A DNA stretch of 64,000 nt from Octopus vulgaris (GCA_951406725.2 OX597815.1:93000001-93064000); one strand, 5' to 3'; counted from the stretch's first letter, positions 1 to 12,784 are shown. Notes: a model not told the origin generated them from the letters alone. Program-made: numbers and translations.

Positions 1-216
1 CAAAGTAGGAGGCCATATTGTTAACTGCTTAGATTTCCAGTAGTATTCTGGTACTTGCTTTTGATAAGATAGGGAGCAATACATTTGTCGATAATAACCC
101 ACAGAATACTACTGGTTGATGCCTGAGATGTTGCAGACTATGTACTAAGTCAACTCACCCTTGCTACTGCTGGGAGTCTACGATGTCAACATCATTCTGA
201 ATGGTTAATTTCAAAT

Positions 217-448
217 TTAATCCTTTTGCCACCACATCAATGTTGAAATATATTGCCTTTGTTGCAATTAATTTTGAAAAATAATGAAGAGTTATTTCTA
301 ACAATAACAGTCATTATGAAGCTGGCATTTGGAATATGTGCTAACATGAAATTTTGAGGGAAGGCTTTAATTTAGATTACTTTACAACAACAAATCTGTT
401 TCAAAGAACAAAGGACAGCTTCAGGTGTGTTGGTATTAAAGAGATTAA
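217..448. mobile_element. Diverged TTAA MITE, family 1
   Basis: TTAATCCTTTTGCCACC ... TGGTATTAAAGAGATTAA. The interior aligns to 23273-23501. Confidence 0.6.
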
Positions 449-1224
449 CATATTCATAACTTCTTTTTCTCTAAAATATTTAAATGTTTGAGATGGATTA
501 ATGCTATTTTAATTTTTCAAACAAATTAACTTCATTTTCTTAAGAAAATACTTAGGAATATTTGCATCTACACTATGTTTTGATTGGTTTGATCTCTGAT
601 TGTCAATGGTTGTCTTAGTAGCAAACCAGGTTTGAACAAGTTCAGAAATGGTTATTTTGAATCTGTATGATGAACACACTCAGGAATGAGACACCAGATG
701 ACAACAGAAGATCAAGCAGCTTCAAGCATATAAATGTAAAATACTGAAAATGCTTTTAATTCTAAAAAATTAAGAGACAACCCCCCCCCCTTTTGTTTGT
801 TGTCTTATTTATCTCTGTTGTATGTCTGTGTAAAGTGCAAATGAAAAGAGTTGATTATGACAAAGTAACTCTAATAGTTTAAAATAACCCCAGGAGCAGC
901 CCACACTCACAGAAATAAAGTCAAGTAGCTAAAACCTATTGAAATAATACCAGGGAAGACCACACCCAGCTAAACAACCTCAGAGGTTACACCATCAAAA
1001 TAATCACAGAGGCAGTCAACACTCATGATTACTTACTCCAGAACGACAATGATAATTAAATAGATGCTTTACTCTTTTGGAGGTAAATATTTAGTGTTGG
1101 ACAGCAACAGCAAACTAAACAGAAAAATTATTTTACACACACACACACACATGCATGCATGCACACAACGTATGTATATGCATATAGATGTGTAAGTGAA
1201 TGTATATGTGTGTGTAAATGTGCA

Positions 1225-1264
<40 letters not shown>

Positions 1265-1799
1265 GTGTGTGTGTGTCTACAGAACACATAAAAAAGCCAA
1301 AAAAAAGGAAAAGATAGAGGAAGATTATGGTGATGAATAGTTTGTATTTGTTGAGTGATGTCTGACAGCTATATAAGAAAAAAATTATTGTATGACATGT
1401 CAATAGGGAATCAAGAGATTGCTAGAGTTTCCTGCTACAGCAACACACTTGTAAGGTAATGAAACAGTCTTCATGTTTGCATGGCTACTGCTGTGGAAAT
1501 GGACAATAAATGAAGACCCACCCACCCACCCATCCTGTTCAGTGAGCCAATAAATCAATATAGAACTGGTCTGACAACATGCAATGACACATGATGATTG
1601 AAAAGGTATATTTGGGAATGGAGTCAGTCGGGTGAGATTTTGAAAAACAAAGTGGGTGGGGATGGGACACACGCACCAGTGGAAGAAAGGGGTATAAAAA
1701 GAAAAGATGGTGGTGTTGGTGGGAGCATGTTTTGAGTGTCACTCAGTAGTGGATGAGGCAATTGAGTTGAGGCACATCTGAGACAGCAGACGGGAACAG

Positions 1800-1805
1800 T
1801 TTATT
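1800..1805 (-). promoter_or_regulatory. Candidate polyadenylation signal AATAAA
   Basis: TTTATT on the + strand about 60 nt after the putative stop. The motif is common in AT-rich DNA. Confidence 0.2.
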
Positions 1806-1863
1806 GAGATCAGAGTAGTGAGGAAGATGGTCACTATGATGTCAGCACTACAGCACACAGCCC

Positions 1864-1881
1864 TCACTTCAGTGTATCGCT
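1864..1881 (-). CDS. Probable terminal coding exon (SDTLK-stop), followed by 3' UTR
   Basis: Strong acceptor TTTTTCTATTTCAG. In phase 0 it reads AGC GAT ACA CTG AAG TGA, giving HQ-SD, comparable to Trio HQ-ND. Short, so less certain. Confidence 0.6.
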   Translation of the reverse strand, partial: SDTLK

Positions 1882-4481
1882 CTGAAATAGAAAAAGACAA
1901 TGAGAAAGATATATGTGTGTGTATATTTATGTAAGCAAACAATGAAAAAATAGTTTGTTTATTTGTCCAAAGCTAATGAATAATTCACTGTTAATGAGAG
2001 TGTCTTGCCATGTGCTTGTTACAATAATCTTTTGTTGCCTGAATGACTGCACCATTACCCCCACCACCACCACTGTCACTATCATCATCATCATCATCAT
2101 TTAATATCCACTTTTTCATGCTTGTATGGGTTAGAAGGAATTTGTTGAGGCGGATTTTCTATGGCCTGATGCCCTTCCAGTTGCCAATCCTCACCCGTTT
2201 CCAACACAGTAATATTTCTCTGTGGCCAGAGATTTTTCACAGAAGACTGAAATTAACAACATCTGAATGTGGTTGATGCCAGATCTACCTGACTGTCTCC
2301 CGTGCTGATGGTGTGTAAAAAGTACCATCGAAATGTAGTTGATGCCAATGTCCCCTGACTGGTCCCGTGCAAGTGACACATATAAAGCACTATATGAACG
2401 TGATTGATGCCAGGGCTGCCTGACTGTGTGGCAGAGTAGGCTCACCAAACCAGCATAAGTTCAAACTCAAATCCATAGCCTCTACATCAGACTGTGGTTG
2501 GCGGAGAGAACATGAGCAATCCAATCCAATTTTAAATTACTGGTACATAATATTATCAACATAATGTTTTGGATGTGGGAAAGACAAAGTCATCTTCACT
2601 TAACATCCAACCTGCCATTGGTGGATATTTTGAACTCAGACACATAAAAATGTACCTAGAATAATGTAAGTTATCATTTACAGGAACATCGAATCTTTCT
2701 CCAAGTTCTTGAGCTAATCTTATAGAACTAAACATTAATTCATTTACAAACTCTGTTACAGAGTTATGAGCATTGAAATCATTATTATAAGGAAAACACA
2801 ATGTCACTACTTGAAGAAACTTGGAGGTGCACCTGCTGGTACAGTAAAACTTGCATAAATTTGTTGTAAACAGATGATAGTGATAATGATGATGATGATA
2901 AGTAACAAAAGAGAATATAATAATATCCATAATCCTTTCTTTGTTTATCTATAAAGAAAAAAAAAGGCTTATCACCAATTCTTAATCTACTTTATAGCTG
3001 TAAAAAGGCTCTTGTAGAACCGAATATATGGGCCCTTAAAAGGATAAGTCATTATCATCATCATCATTTAATGTCTGCTTTCCATGTTGGCATGGGTTGG
3101 CCAGTTTGACTGGAACTAGCAGCAAGAGAACTGCCCCAGGTTCTAGCCTGATTTGGCATGGTTTCTATGGCTGGGTACCCTTCCTAGTGCCAACCACACC
3201 AAGAGTGTAATGGGTGCCTTTTATGTACCACCAGCATGGATGCCATTTACATGTCACTGGCAATAACCACGGATGTTAATATTAATAACTAGATTTAAAC
3301 ACTAAATCACGTGGATTAACTTGAGATTTATGTAGTTTTAATAAAAGCACAGAAATATTGATCACATCAGATATACATAAACACATACACAGATAATATA
3401 CACACATTTATATGCCTGTCTGTTTATATGTATAAATGTAACTGATTTTAATAGAATGTGAGTTCAATCAGTGCAGTTTTATTGCAACTCTAATGCATTT
3501 AGAATAAGAAGAAAGTAGGACACATAGATTGAGGTTGATTTTCATATACACAACTGGTATTTGTTCAAATACAATACATTAAATAAACTAGTTTGTTTGT
3601 TGCAAAACCAGTGACTGTGTTTCTATATATTGTGAGCTGGATTAGACTACTGCTATGTCTAGCAAACGAGTATCCATCACTAAGGATGATCACATAAGAG
3701 TGAAATCACATGATATGTGATTTGGTGATCCCTGAGGAGTTCTCACCCCACTTGTAATATATATCAAGTGCAAAGCACACTGAATAACCAGCTAGAGGAG
3801 GCATCTTGCTGTGGTTGAAACAGCAGTATTGTCTGTTTCTAAAGAACACCCACGCTTAGGTGGTAATAAACATTACTTCAATATATATCATCGTCATTGT
3901 TTAATGTCCATCTTCCATGTATGCATGGGTAGGATGGTTGACAGGGGCCAGCCAGATAGAAAATCTACCCTAGGCTACTGCGTTTGTTTTTGGCAGGGTT
4001 TTTATGGCTGGATGCCCTTCCTAACACCAACTATGTCTTCCACACATATAGACTTGTCCTTTTAGGTGCCAGTGCCATTTAAAAAGCACCCATGCCAGTA
4101 CTGTGTGAATGCACTTGTGCTGGTGCTGTGTTAACACACCCATGCCGGTGCTGCATAGATGCACTTGTAACAGTGACATATAAAGCACCCAACACACTCT
4201 GTTAAGTAGTTGGCATTAGGAAGGGCATCCAGCCAAAGAAACCATGCCTCGACAGAGAGTTGGAGTCCAGACAGTTCCCGGCTAGCCAGTTCCATGTCAA
4301 ACCGTCCAACCCACGCCAGCATGGAGGCCGAACATTAATCGATGATGATAATGTATGTATGTATATATATGTATATGTGTGTATGTATATGTATGTATGT
4401 ATGTATGTATATATATATATATATATACACACACATATACAAATAATGTTTTATATTTATAAAACAAACAAAGATTGAAAA

Positions 4482-5235
4482 GTAATATTTACCCTCACTT
4501 AAACATGGATGTTCTGTTTGAACAAACTATACTGTAGTAGTTATGATGAAAGAAACTCTCATATAGGCGTGGGAGTGGCTGTTTGGTAAGTAGCTTGCTC
4601 ATGAACCACATGGTTCCGGGTTCAGTCCCACTGCGTGGCACCTTGGGCAAGTGTCTTCTACTATAGCCTTGGGCCGATCAAAGCCTTATGAGTGGATTTG
4701 GTAGACGGAAACTGAAAGAAGCCCGTCGTATATATGCATATATATGTATGTATGTGTGTGCATGTTTGTGTGTCTGTGTTTGTCCCCCCAACATCGCTTG
4801 ACAACCGATGCTGGTGTGTTTACGTCCCGGTAACTTAGCAGTTCGGCAAAAGAGACCGATAGAATAAGTACTAGGCTTACAAAAAATAAGTCCTGGGGTC
4901 GATTTGCTCAACTAAAGGCAGTGCTTCAGCATGGCCACAGTCACATGACTGAAACAAGTAAAAGAGTATTGGCTTTTGGTGCAAAATACACCCTTGTTTA
5001 TATTGCTAGTAGGGAAATAAAACCCCACCATATCACGCAACAAGACCAAGGAAGGTTGAAAGCATGTGATCTGGTGGTCTCGGCAGTGAAGATGGCAGGG
5101 ATTTATCTCCTAACTAGTGATATAAGCAAGGGTGCATTTTGCACTAAAAGCCAATATGAGAGTTTCTCTTATGTTAACTGCCACAGAATAGTTTGTTCAA
5201 CAGAACATCCATGTTTAAGTGAGGGTAAATATTAC
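4482..5235. mobile_element. Foldback MITE-like palindrome (~140-bp arms) interrupted by the SINE at 4564-4967
   Basis: 4482-4563 plus 4967-5025 is the reverse complement of about 5097-5235 (GTAATATTTACCCTCACTTAAACATGGATGTTCTG... / ...CAGAACATCCATGTTTAAGTGAGGGTAAATATTAC). Confidence 0.8.
4564..4967 (+). mobile_element. tRNA-derived SINE (family A), full length
   Basis: A-box TGGCTGTTTGG and B-box GGTTCAGTCCC, then ACCTTGGGCAAGT (CORE-like) and an internal (TA)/(TG) tract. Related copies at about 17155-17710, 19160-19520, 31645-31800, 41070-41390 (-) and 61060-61220 (-). Confidence 0.85.
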
Positions 5236-6572
5236 CTCTCAATATTAATACTGCTTCTGTTGTTAATAAATATTTATGAACAAACTTTGACAAAATGAAG
5301 GACTCAATGCATGTGTAGAATCTAATATTTATTATAATATAATTGATAGTAACTTCAAAGTTTTGAAAGATGGGGTTTATTGAGACTATGGAATGGAAGA
5401 CAAGCAATAGGTCTTCAGTGTCTACTTCTACAGAGAAGGAGAAGAAATTGATTAAAGTGGAAGGATAATGGTCATCATAAGTGACCGTGGTCAGTATTTA
5501 ATTAGGTGAGAGAGAAGTGAGCCTAGTATTGGACTGATTCTTGTTTTTATTAAACTCTAAAGGATGAAAAGTAAAATTGACCTTGGCAGGATATGAACTC
5601 TGAGCATAGAGAGCTGGAACGAATACCACCTATCCAATGGGCTAATAATCATTCTAAGATGCCATATAGTAAGGGTCAACAGATAAGGGAGGTAATTTGA
5701 CAGGAACTAAATTTTCATACTTAAAAAAATAGAAAATTTGCTGCTATGTTAGTAGACGATGAAAGCAAAAGATATGTTTCAGTTATATTAGATCTCAGCA
5801 GTGATGTGTAGTCCCCTGTCACCTGCTTTGATTAGTGGATAGAGTTAAAGTAATTTTGATTGGTATAATTTGCATCACTGCAAAGAATGAGCTAAGGGAT
5901 TAACACAAGTGGACCAATGGTATGAATTTAGATGGTGGGGGTGATGATGTAATTAATTATGCATGTAAAGAATTCTTAATAGGTTGAAATTTGCTTCTTA
6001 GTTGGAATATGATAAAATAAAATAAAAAACCTAGCAGCAATTATAGAAAGAGAAGCTGATTTCAGGAAATTAAGAACAAATTTACAGAATGAAATTTTCG
6101 TGCTAGGTGAGTGTGTGCATGACTACTTTATAATCTATTATAATGTTCTAACAAAAGTAGATAGTAATATTGGTAATAAAATCTTCGGACTTCAAAAGCT
6201 TTGTTGCAAGTGGCACTGCTTAGTAAAACAAAGAAACTGGTTGATAATCTCATTTGTATAGTGGTGTGAACAGAAACGAACATTTTTCCTAATAAAACTT
6301 CTTTTATTTCCACTTGCTTGCCATACAAGTATATCAGATTACTCACCTGATACACAATTTTTTTTTTGCTGTTAAACAAAAAGCGGAGCAACAAAGATAT
6401 TTTCAGAAGATTTAAAAAAAACAAAAAACAGAAAGGAAGAAGAAACCTGGCAAAGACAACTTAAATGACTGGTTGTAAAGACTGCATAGTGAGTATAATA
6501 AAGTATTTATCTGCTGTCTGTTTACTGCGACGTGAAATAATTTAAGGCAAGAACATGTTACTAGGTACAAAC

Positions 6573-6708
6573 CTGATGCTTTCTTCTCTCTACAAAATCA
6601 GCAAGGCGTGTAGTTGAAATAGGTTTGGGTCGAAGAGGTGATGTTCGAGAGATGCTAGCTTTCTTGATCCAAGGACTCTCTAAACAGTGTTGAGCTAATG
6701 GTCGTTTA
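6573..6708 (-). CDS. Trio/Kalirin-like exon, end of kinase and C-terminal tail
   Basis: KRPLAQHCLESPWIKK...ISTTRLADFVERRKHQ compares with Trio DTSRLTSFIERRKHQ. TTTCAG acceptor, GTTTGT donor, phase 2 to 0. Confidence 0.94.
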
Positions 6709-7467
6709 CTGAAAGAGAAATGTCATCACTTTCACTACTAACAATTACACATTGAAAGGTTGTTGACTGAAACAGAACACAGACACATACAGATATATAG
6801 CAAGTAAATAAATAAACTTCAGACATTAAAAGGAATTTCTTTCAGCTAATGCAAAGGACACTGTCAGTTGAACCAAATTTATTATATGACTAGTATTTGT
6901 CTAACAAATCCTACAATAGTAAATAATATACTTGGTCTCAAGAGAATGTTGATCTCAGAAATGTGAGGTTTTGAACTTGATATCATAAAGCAACTGGAAC
7001 AATTGCCTACCACCTACATGATCTTTACATGAAGCATGTACTCAACATTTGGTCTGAATAGTTTTATAGAAAAAAAAAAACACAGATTGGTTACATTTTT
7101 ATTTGTACTCTGAGCTATATCCTTCAGATGAACTTACCACATGAACAACTGCTGTTGGTGGTTCAGTCAGATCTGTTTTAAAATGAAACCAATTCACAAC
7201 CCATCAACAGAGGCAGACCACAGATTCTTAGAGAAGCAATTAATACAAAACCTGTCTTAGCCATTATGACACTTCCATCAGTTCAAATATTAGCAGAGCC
7301 AATAACGGGATTACTACATTGTCAATTGCTCTGCCTTCTAGAAAAAGAAGCCAAATCTCTCATGAATCACTCCTTAATGTTTCAAAAGGGAAAAAGACAC
7401 ATTTGAATAATAAAGTCTTGGTGGCATGGCCACAGCTGGAGTGCTTTTTTCATAGGGCCTACATGAT

Positions 7468-9990
7468 TACCAAATTACCATCAGGACACACAGCTTTGCA
7501 ACATCCTCCGAGCTGCTGCCAGGAAAACAGCCACTTATGTGTTTATTGCAGGCGATTTCAATCATCCTGAGATCGATTGGGAAACCTTCCATTGGCCACA
7601 GAGTGCAAACGATTTTGTTGAGCTTGTGCTGGACTCAAACTGGTCACAAGTAGTCACCTCTCCAACAAGAGGCGACAACACCTTGGACCTGCTCTTCACC
7701 ACAACTCCTGAAGCGGTTATCAATTGCACTACGGAGGAACCTCTAGGTGACTCTGATCATGCTATGATCATCGCCAATCTGGCTCTTGCGGGCAACAAAC
7801 ACCTGAACCATCTCCAATCTGCTTCCTTCGATTGGAAGAGAGCAGATTGGAACCTGTACCACACTGAACTACAGCACCCAAACTGGCGTGAATTCTACAA
7901 CTCTGGAGATGTGAATACTATACTCCAGAGTATCCTGGACTCAATATGGGCAGCATGTGCAGCATCAGTGCCACGTAAACAAAAAAAGAAGAACCGCCCC
8001 AAAAGGGCAATTTGGGAAACTTCAGCGGTCCGACTTGCCAGGAAGGAACGTCGGACTGCTGAACAGGAATACAAGTTGCATAAATCAGACACCAACAGGA
8101 AGAAGCGGAATAAATCCTCCAACCATCTCAAGCAAGTGACAAAAAATGCAGTGCTTGAATTTGAACAGTGCATAGCAGCCAATCCTGACAGCAAGGTTTT
8201 CTGGAAATATGTGCATTCAAAGCAGAGACCTCACTCTCCAGTGGGCCCTCTTCGCAACCCTCACACAAACCAGATCACTGACGACCCCAAGGAATGCGCA
8301 GAACTCATTGCCGAGTGTTATGCAAACATATTCACTATTGAAAGTCAAAATGTACCATCTTCACCATCACTAACAGCAAACTCCATAACAACTATGGAAT
8401 TTACACCTGCAATGCTGCAACGTCACCTTCAAAATAAGCGCAACTATGCCTCCCCTGGTCTCGATGGAGTTACATACCTGCTTCTCAAACGTGGCAGGCA
8501 CTTCCTTTTACACCAGCTTTCTATTTTCTTCCAGTACTGTCTCAACAATGGTGCTACTCCGGAGCAGTGGAAAACTGCCAGTGTCATTCCTCTGTTCAAA
8601 AAGGGTGACCGCACTTCACCTGTCAACTATCGCCCAGTCAGTCTCACTAGCTGTATTGCAAAACTGATGGAATCGTGTGTCAGAGAAACACTCTGGAACT
8701 TCTGGAGCTCTCACAGTCTCATCCGACCCTCACAATATGGATTTGTCCCTAACTCCAGCTGCAGTGACCAGCTTGTCGAGTTCCTTGAGGACATTACTCA
8801 GATCACTGACAGTGGCTCATGGGTGGATGTTGTCTACCTTGACTTTGCTAAGGCTTTCAACTCTGTGCCACACAAAAGGCTTATGGTGAAACTCTCTGCA
8901 ATGGGTGTGGGGAATGACCTTTTTAACTGGTTGAAATCCTTCATCCTCAGCCGAAAGGAGGTAGTCACAGTTCTAGGACAGCACTCTACACCATATGAGA
9001 TGTCATCGGGTTTACCACAGGGATCTGTCCTTGGTCCCCTCCTGTTTGTGGCATACATTAATGACATAGATGCCAATTTAAAGAATGCCACAGCATTGAA
9101 ATATGCAGACGACATCAAGCTGTACCTTGAAATCAAGAGGACTGATCCTGATGTCTACAACTCTTTCCTGCAATCAGACCTAGACACAATGCAGCAATGG
9201 ATCACAGACTGGCAACTGAAACTGGCTGTGGACAAGTGTACCACCATGCATTTTGGGAGAAAAAACCCTGCGTCCACATACTCCCTCCACAACACTGATA
9301 ACAAGAAATCCTCTTGCGAGCGTGACCTAGGCATCACTGTCAGCAGTGATTTGCGTTGGACAAAGCATATCTCTAAAATTGTCAAGAAGGCCGAGGGTGT
9401 CTTGGCATCACTCAGCAAGACTTTTGTTAGCCGCTCTCCAGCCATCTATTTAAAACTGTATACAGCTATGGTACGACCACACTTGGAATTCGCATCATCA
9501 GTTTGGAATCCCTATCTTGCTCAGAACATTGACCTCCTGGAATCTGTCCAGAGACGTGCAACCAAACGCATACCCTCCATCAGACACCTACCATATTCTG
9601 AGCGTCTTGTTTCCCTGGGCATGGATTCACTGAAGCTCCGGCGTCTGGCGACGGACTTGGTAAACACCCACAAGGTTATCAACCATCTCACCAACAACAA
9701 CACTGAACACCTTTTTGATCTCCATGTGTCTAACACATGTGGACATGCCTACAAAGTCAGAAAACAGCACAGCTCCCATGACTTTCGGAAACATTTTTTC
9801 ACGCTCAGAGTTGCTGAAGCATGGAATAAACTGCCTGCGTCAGTTGTTGACTGCCATGACACTGCATCCTTTAAGGCCCTCATGCTTTCCGAAATCCGCC
9901 GAAACTACACCTGATTATATATACACTTTAGATGAGTTGTAGTGCACCTGAGCACTGTACACAATTATTATTATTATTATTATTATTATT
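7468..9990 (+). mobile_element. 5'-truncated CR1-group LINE with (ATT)n tail and 5-bp TSD ATGAT, antisense to the host gene
   Basis: Open frame from about 7468 to 9914, short 3' UTR, (ATT)n at 9964-9990. ATGAT occurs at 7463-7467 and 9991-9995. The two flanks rejoin into an older repeat also seen at about 63690-63885. Confidence 0.9.
7539..9914 (+). CDS. LINE ORF2 fragment: C-terminal part of APE endonuclease plus complete reverse transcriptase
   Basis: GDFNHP, LDL and SDH (APE motifs); NYRPVSLTS, QYGF, DFAKAF, GLPQGSVLGP and YADD (RT motifs); FFTLRVAEAWNKLP, a CR1-type C-terminus. No stops or frameshifts. Confidence 0.93.
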   Translation: MFIAGDFNHPEIDWETFHWPQSANDFVELVLDSNWSQVVTSPTRGDNTLDLLFTTTPEAVINCTTEEPLGDSDHAMIIANLALAGNKHLNHLQSASFDWKRADWNLYHTELQHPNWREFYNSGDVNTILQSILDSIWAACAASVPRKQKKKNRPKRAIWETSAVRLARKERRTAEQEYKLHKSDTNRKKRNKSSNHLKQVTKNAVLEFEQCIAANPDSKVFWKYVHSKQRPHSPVGPLRNPHTNQITDDPKECAELIAECYANIFTIESQNVPSSPSLTANSITTMEFTPAMLQRHLQNKRNYASPGLDGVTYLLLKRGRHFLLHQLSIFFQYCLNNGATPEQWKTASVIPLFKKGDRTSPVNYRPVSLTSCIAKLMESCVRETLWNFWSSHSLIRPSQYGFVPNSSCSDQLVEFLEDITQITDSGSWVDVVYLDFAKAFNSVPHKRLMVKLSAMGVGNDLFNWLKSFILSRKEVVTVLGQHSTPYEMSSGLPQGSVLGPLLFVAYINDIDANLKNATALKYADDIKLYLEIKRTDPDVYNSFLQSDLDTMQQWITDWQLKLAVDKCTTMHFGRKNPASTYSLHNTDNKKSSCERDLGITVSSDLRWTKHISKIVKKAEGVLASLSKTFVSRSPAIYLKLYTAMVRPHLEFASSVWNPYLAQNIDLLESVQRRATKRIPSIRHLPYSERLVSLGMDSLKLRRLATDLVNTHKVINHLTNNNTEHLFDLHVSNTCGHAYKVRKQHSSHDFRKHFFTLRVAEAWNKLPASVVDCHDTASFKALMLSEIRRNYT

Positions 9991-10212
9991 ATGATCAGAG
10001 TTGACCCAGGACCAAACAACAACTGAAGTTTGAATAAATGGAAGTATGAACGAAGGTGGGAATGTGAAAAAAATGCTAATAAATAAGGTTAAACCATTAG
10101 AGTTGGCAGGTCCCAAGAATGGATGTAGTTTTTGAGGGCAGTATGTTTGGAGATCATATACATAATCAACCACTCTTCAGATACTGCCACTCACACACAC
10201 ACACACACTTAC

Positions 10213-10392
10213 TTCATATCTTCCATCAACATTGACCGGGCAAGATCCTTTGCTTCAGGTGATATTCCAGCAAAATATTCATCGGGAAAACTATAGTCAT
10301 TACGAACAATATTTGAACAGGTCTCTTCCTGACTTTCATCCAGAAAAGGTGAAACTCCACTTAATAAGACATAGAGTATTACGCCCATACTC
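10213..10392 (-). CDS. Trio/Kalirin-like exon, kinase subdomains IX-XI
   Basis: SMGVILYVLLSGVSPFLDESQEETCSNIVRNDYSFPDEYF is very close to Trio/Kalirin. TTACAG acceptor, GTAAGT donor. Confidence 0.96.
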
Positions 10393-12294
10393 CTGTAAAA
10401 AAAAAACATTGTATCATATAATATGGTAATGTGATAAGAATAGGCCTCTACAAAAGTTTAATAAGCTAGTTACTTTTTAATGTGATATATGATATGTTGT
10501 AGCATATTATTTATATATATATATTATCATCATTTAATGTCTGCTGTCCATGCTGGCATAAGCTGGACAGTTTGATCAGAGATGGCAAGCTGGGGAACTG
10601 CACCAGACTGCAATTCTGATTTGGCATGGGTTTCTACAGCCGGGTGCCCTTCCTAATGCAAACCATTTTACAGAGTGTACTGGGTGCTTCTTATCTTTTT
10701 ACATGACACCAGCACTTATGAGCCCACAAGATTAGGGAATGTTTAGCTGGAGAAGGTTGCAAGAAATGAGCCTGAAAGCAAGGGAAACCATGCTTTTACT
10801 TAGTTTGATGTGTCTTTTCAAGCATAGCAAACCACCAGGTGTCTTGGTCCTCTGTCATCCTACCTCTAGTAACCATGTAGAAAAATATCCAGCGTGCTCT
10901 GTACAGTGGATGGCATATAAAAACTATGCCAAACAGACCTCCCCAGTGCTGGTACCATGTAAAAAGCACCCAGTCCCCTCTGTAGGCGTTAGGAAGGGCG
11001 TCCAGCTGTAAAAACCATGCCAAAAGAGACAGTGGAGCTTGATGCAGTCCTCTGGCTTACTAGCTCCTGTTGAACTGTCCAGCTCATGCTAGCTTGGAAA
11101 ACAGACATTAAATGATGATGATAAGATATATATCTATCTATTATACATCATCTATATCCAAGACAGGTGGAATAATACATATTTCCTCAGGACACTACAA
11201 ATCAATAGGTATCTGGCCTTTTTTATCAACTGACTTTAGGGTCCCAAATCAAGAAAGCAAATACATTATCACCTGCTTCCTGAAGATATCACACTTCAAG
11301 AGAAAGGCAACTATCAACTATTGTTATCTACAGAGAAAGACTCAGCATATGTTTAGCCCACTTGAGACCATCCTTTCAGAAATGCCTATCTAGCAACCAA
11401 GTCAACAGTGACCTGCACTCATGCATGCTGGCCAACCCCGCCATCTGTGACATGAACTAACAGCTATTGCACATGTCTAGTGCACCAACTACAACGTGCC
11501 AAATACATTGAATACTGTACTGGCAGTGTGATTTCATCTCTTCATAACTTGTTGAATGAGCATTTGACAACACGTAACTTCCACCCAGAAACACATCTTG
11601 AAAAGTAACAACAATAATATATTCTCTAATCATCCTAACGAAGGAGTACAATATTAATAATTTGCAGACCAAAAAAGCCATTTTTATTTGAAGATAGAAG
11701 CTTAAAAGTAAGGTCAATGGGAGTTAAGCCATTGGCTGACATAGGCCATCTGCCATCACGACCATTACCACAGATGTTACTATTACTTCCAAGGTTGCTG
11801 CTGATATTACCTCTACTCTACTACTATTTATACCACTATTAACATTAGTAACAATCCCACCACTGCTACTACCACAACTACTGTGTTTGCTGAGGCTAGA
11901 ACTGACATTACCTCAAATACTACCTTAGTGACCACCAGTACTGATACAGCCACTGTCAACACAAGCAATGAAGTTTCGATCTTCATTGAGATTTCATTAA
12001 CACTTGACAGTTTTTAACTGTCCAAAGTAATGTATTTATACTCAATGTTTAATAAATACTCTATTAAATCGGATACACAATTTACAAAAATGATACAGAA
12101 ATACACACACACACAAACAAGCATGTGTGTGTGTGCATGCCTGTTTCTACATAATAATAATAATAATGATTACTGTGAACAAACTGGTAAACATTTGGAG
12201 AAACCCCTTACTAAAATTATATAAATTATTTTCAAGAATGACTAGAAACACTTTCATATTTCTGATGTATTAAGAAGTTACAGAAAAATCTTAC

Positions 12295-12467
12295 CAGATA
12301 TCAGTGAGTAGCCCTACAGGAGTTCCACTGACCAGCTCTGGTGCCATAAATTCAGGGTTACCTACCACAGGGTGGATGTAGTAGTTATTGTAAATGTGAC
12401 GAGCATCACCAAAGTCTATTAATTTGACACCGGAATTTAGGCCACAGTCAACCACAATGTTTTCAGG
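12295..12467 (-). CDS. Trio/Kalirin-like exon, kinase subdomains VIb-IX
   Basis: PENIVVD...KLIDFGDA...GNPEFMAPELVSGTPVGLLTDIW. TTTCAG acceptor, GTAAG donor. Confidence 0.96.
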
Positions 12468-12784
12468 CTGAAATACAAACAAAACAATCCCTGATTTGAG
12501 ATGCAAATGTGTTATGTTTATGTGTGGGTGTAAATACACATGCTTGCAAATACCTATATGTGTATAAACACACACCATTGTAAATGATACATTCTGGAAT
12601 ACAATGAAGAAAGCACATTCTGTGGAGTGAAATATATTTCCATACACATAATAGACACATACAATAAGATATGTATATATGACACATAAATAAAATACTA
12701 ACACAAATGCATAGAGTACTGTCAACAGATTGAAAGTGAAATGATCATTTATCAAGTGTTGTATGTATTATCTATGTATGTATA

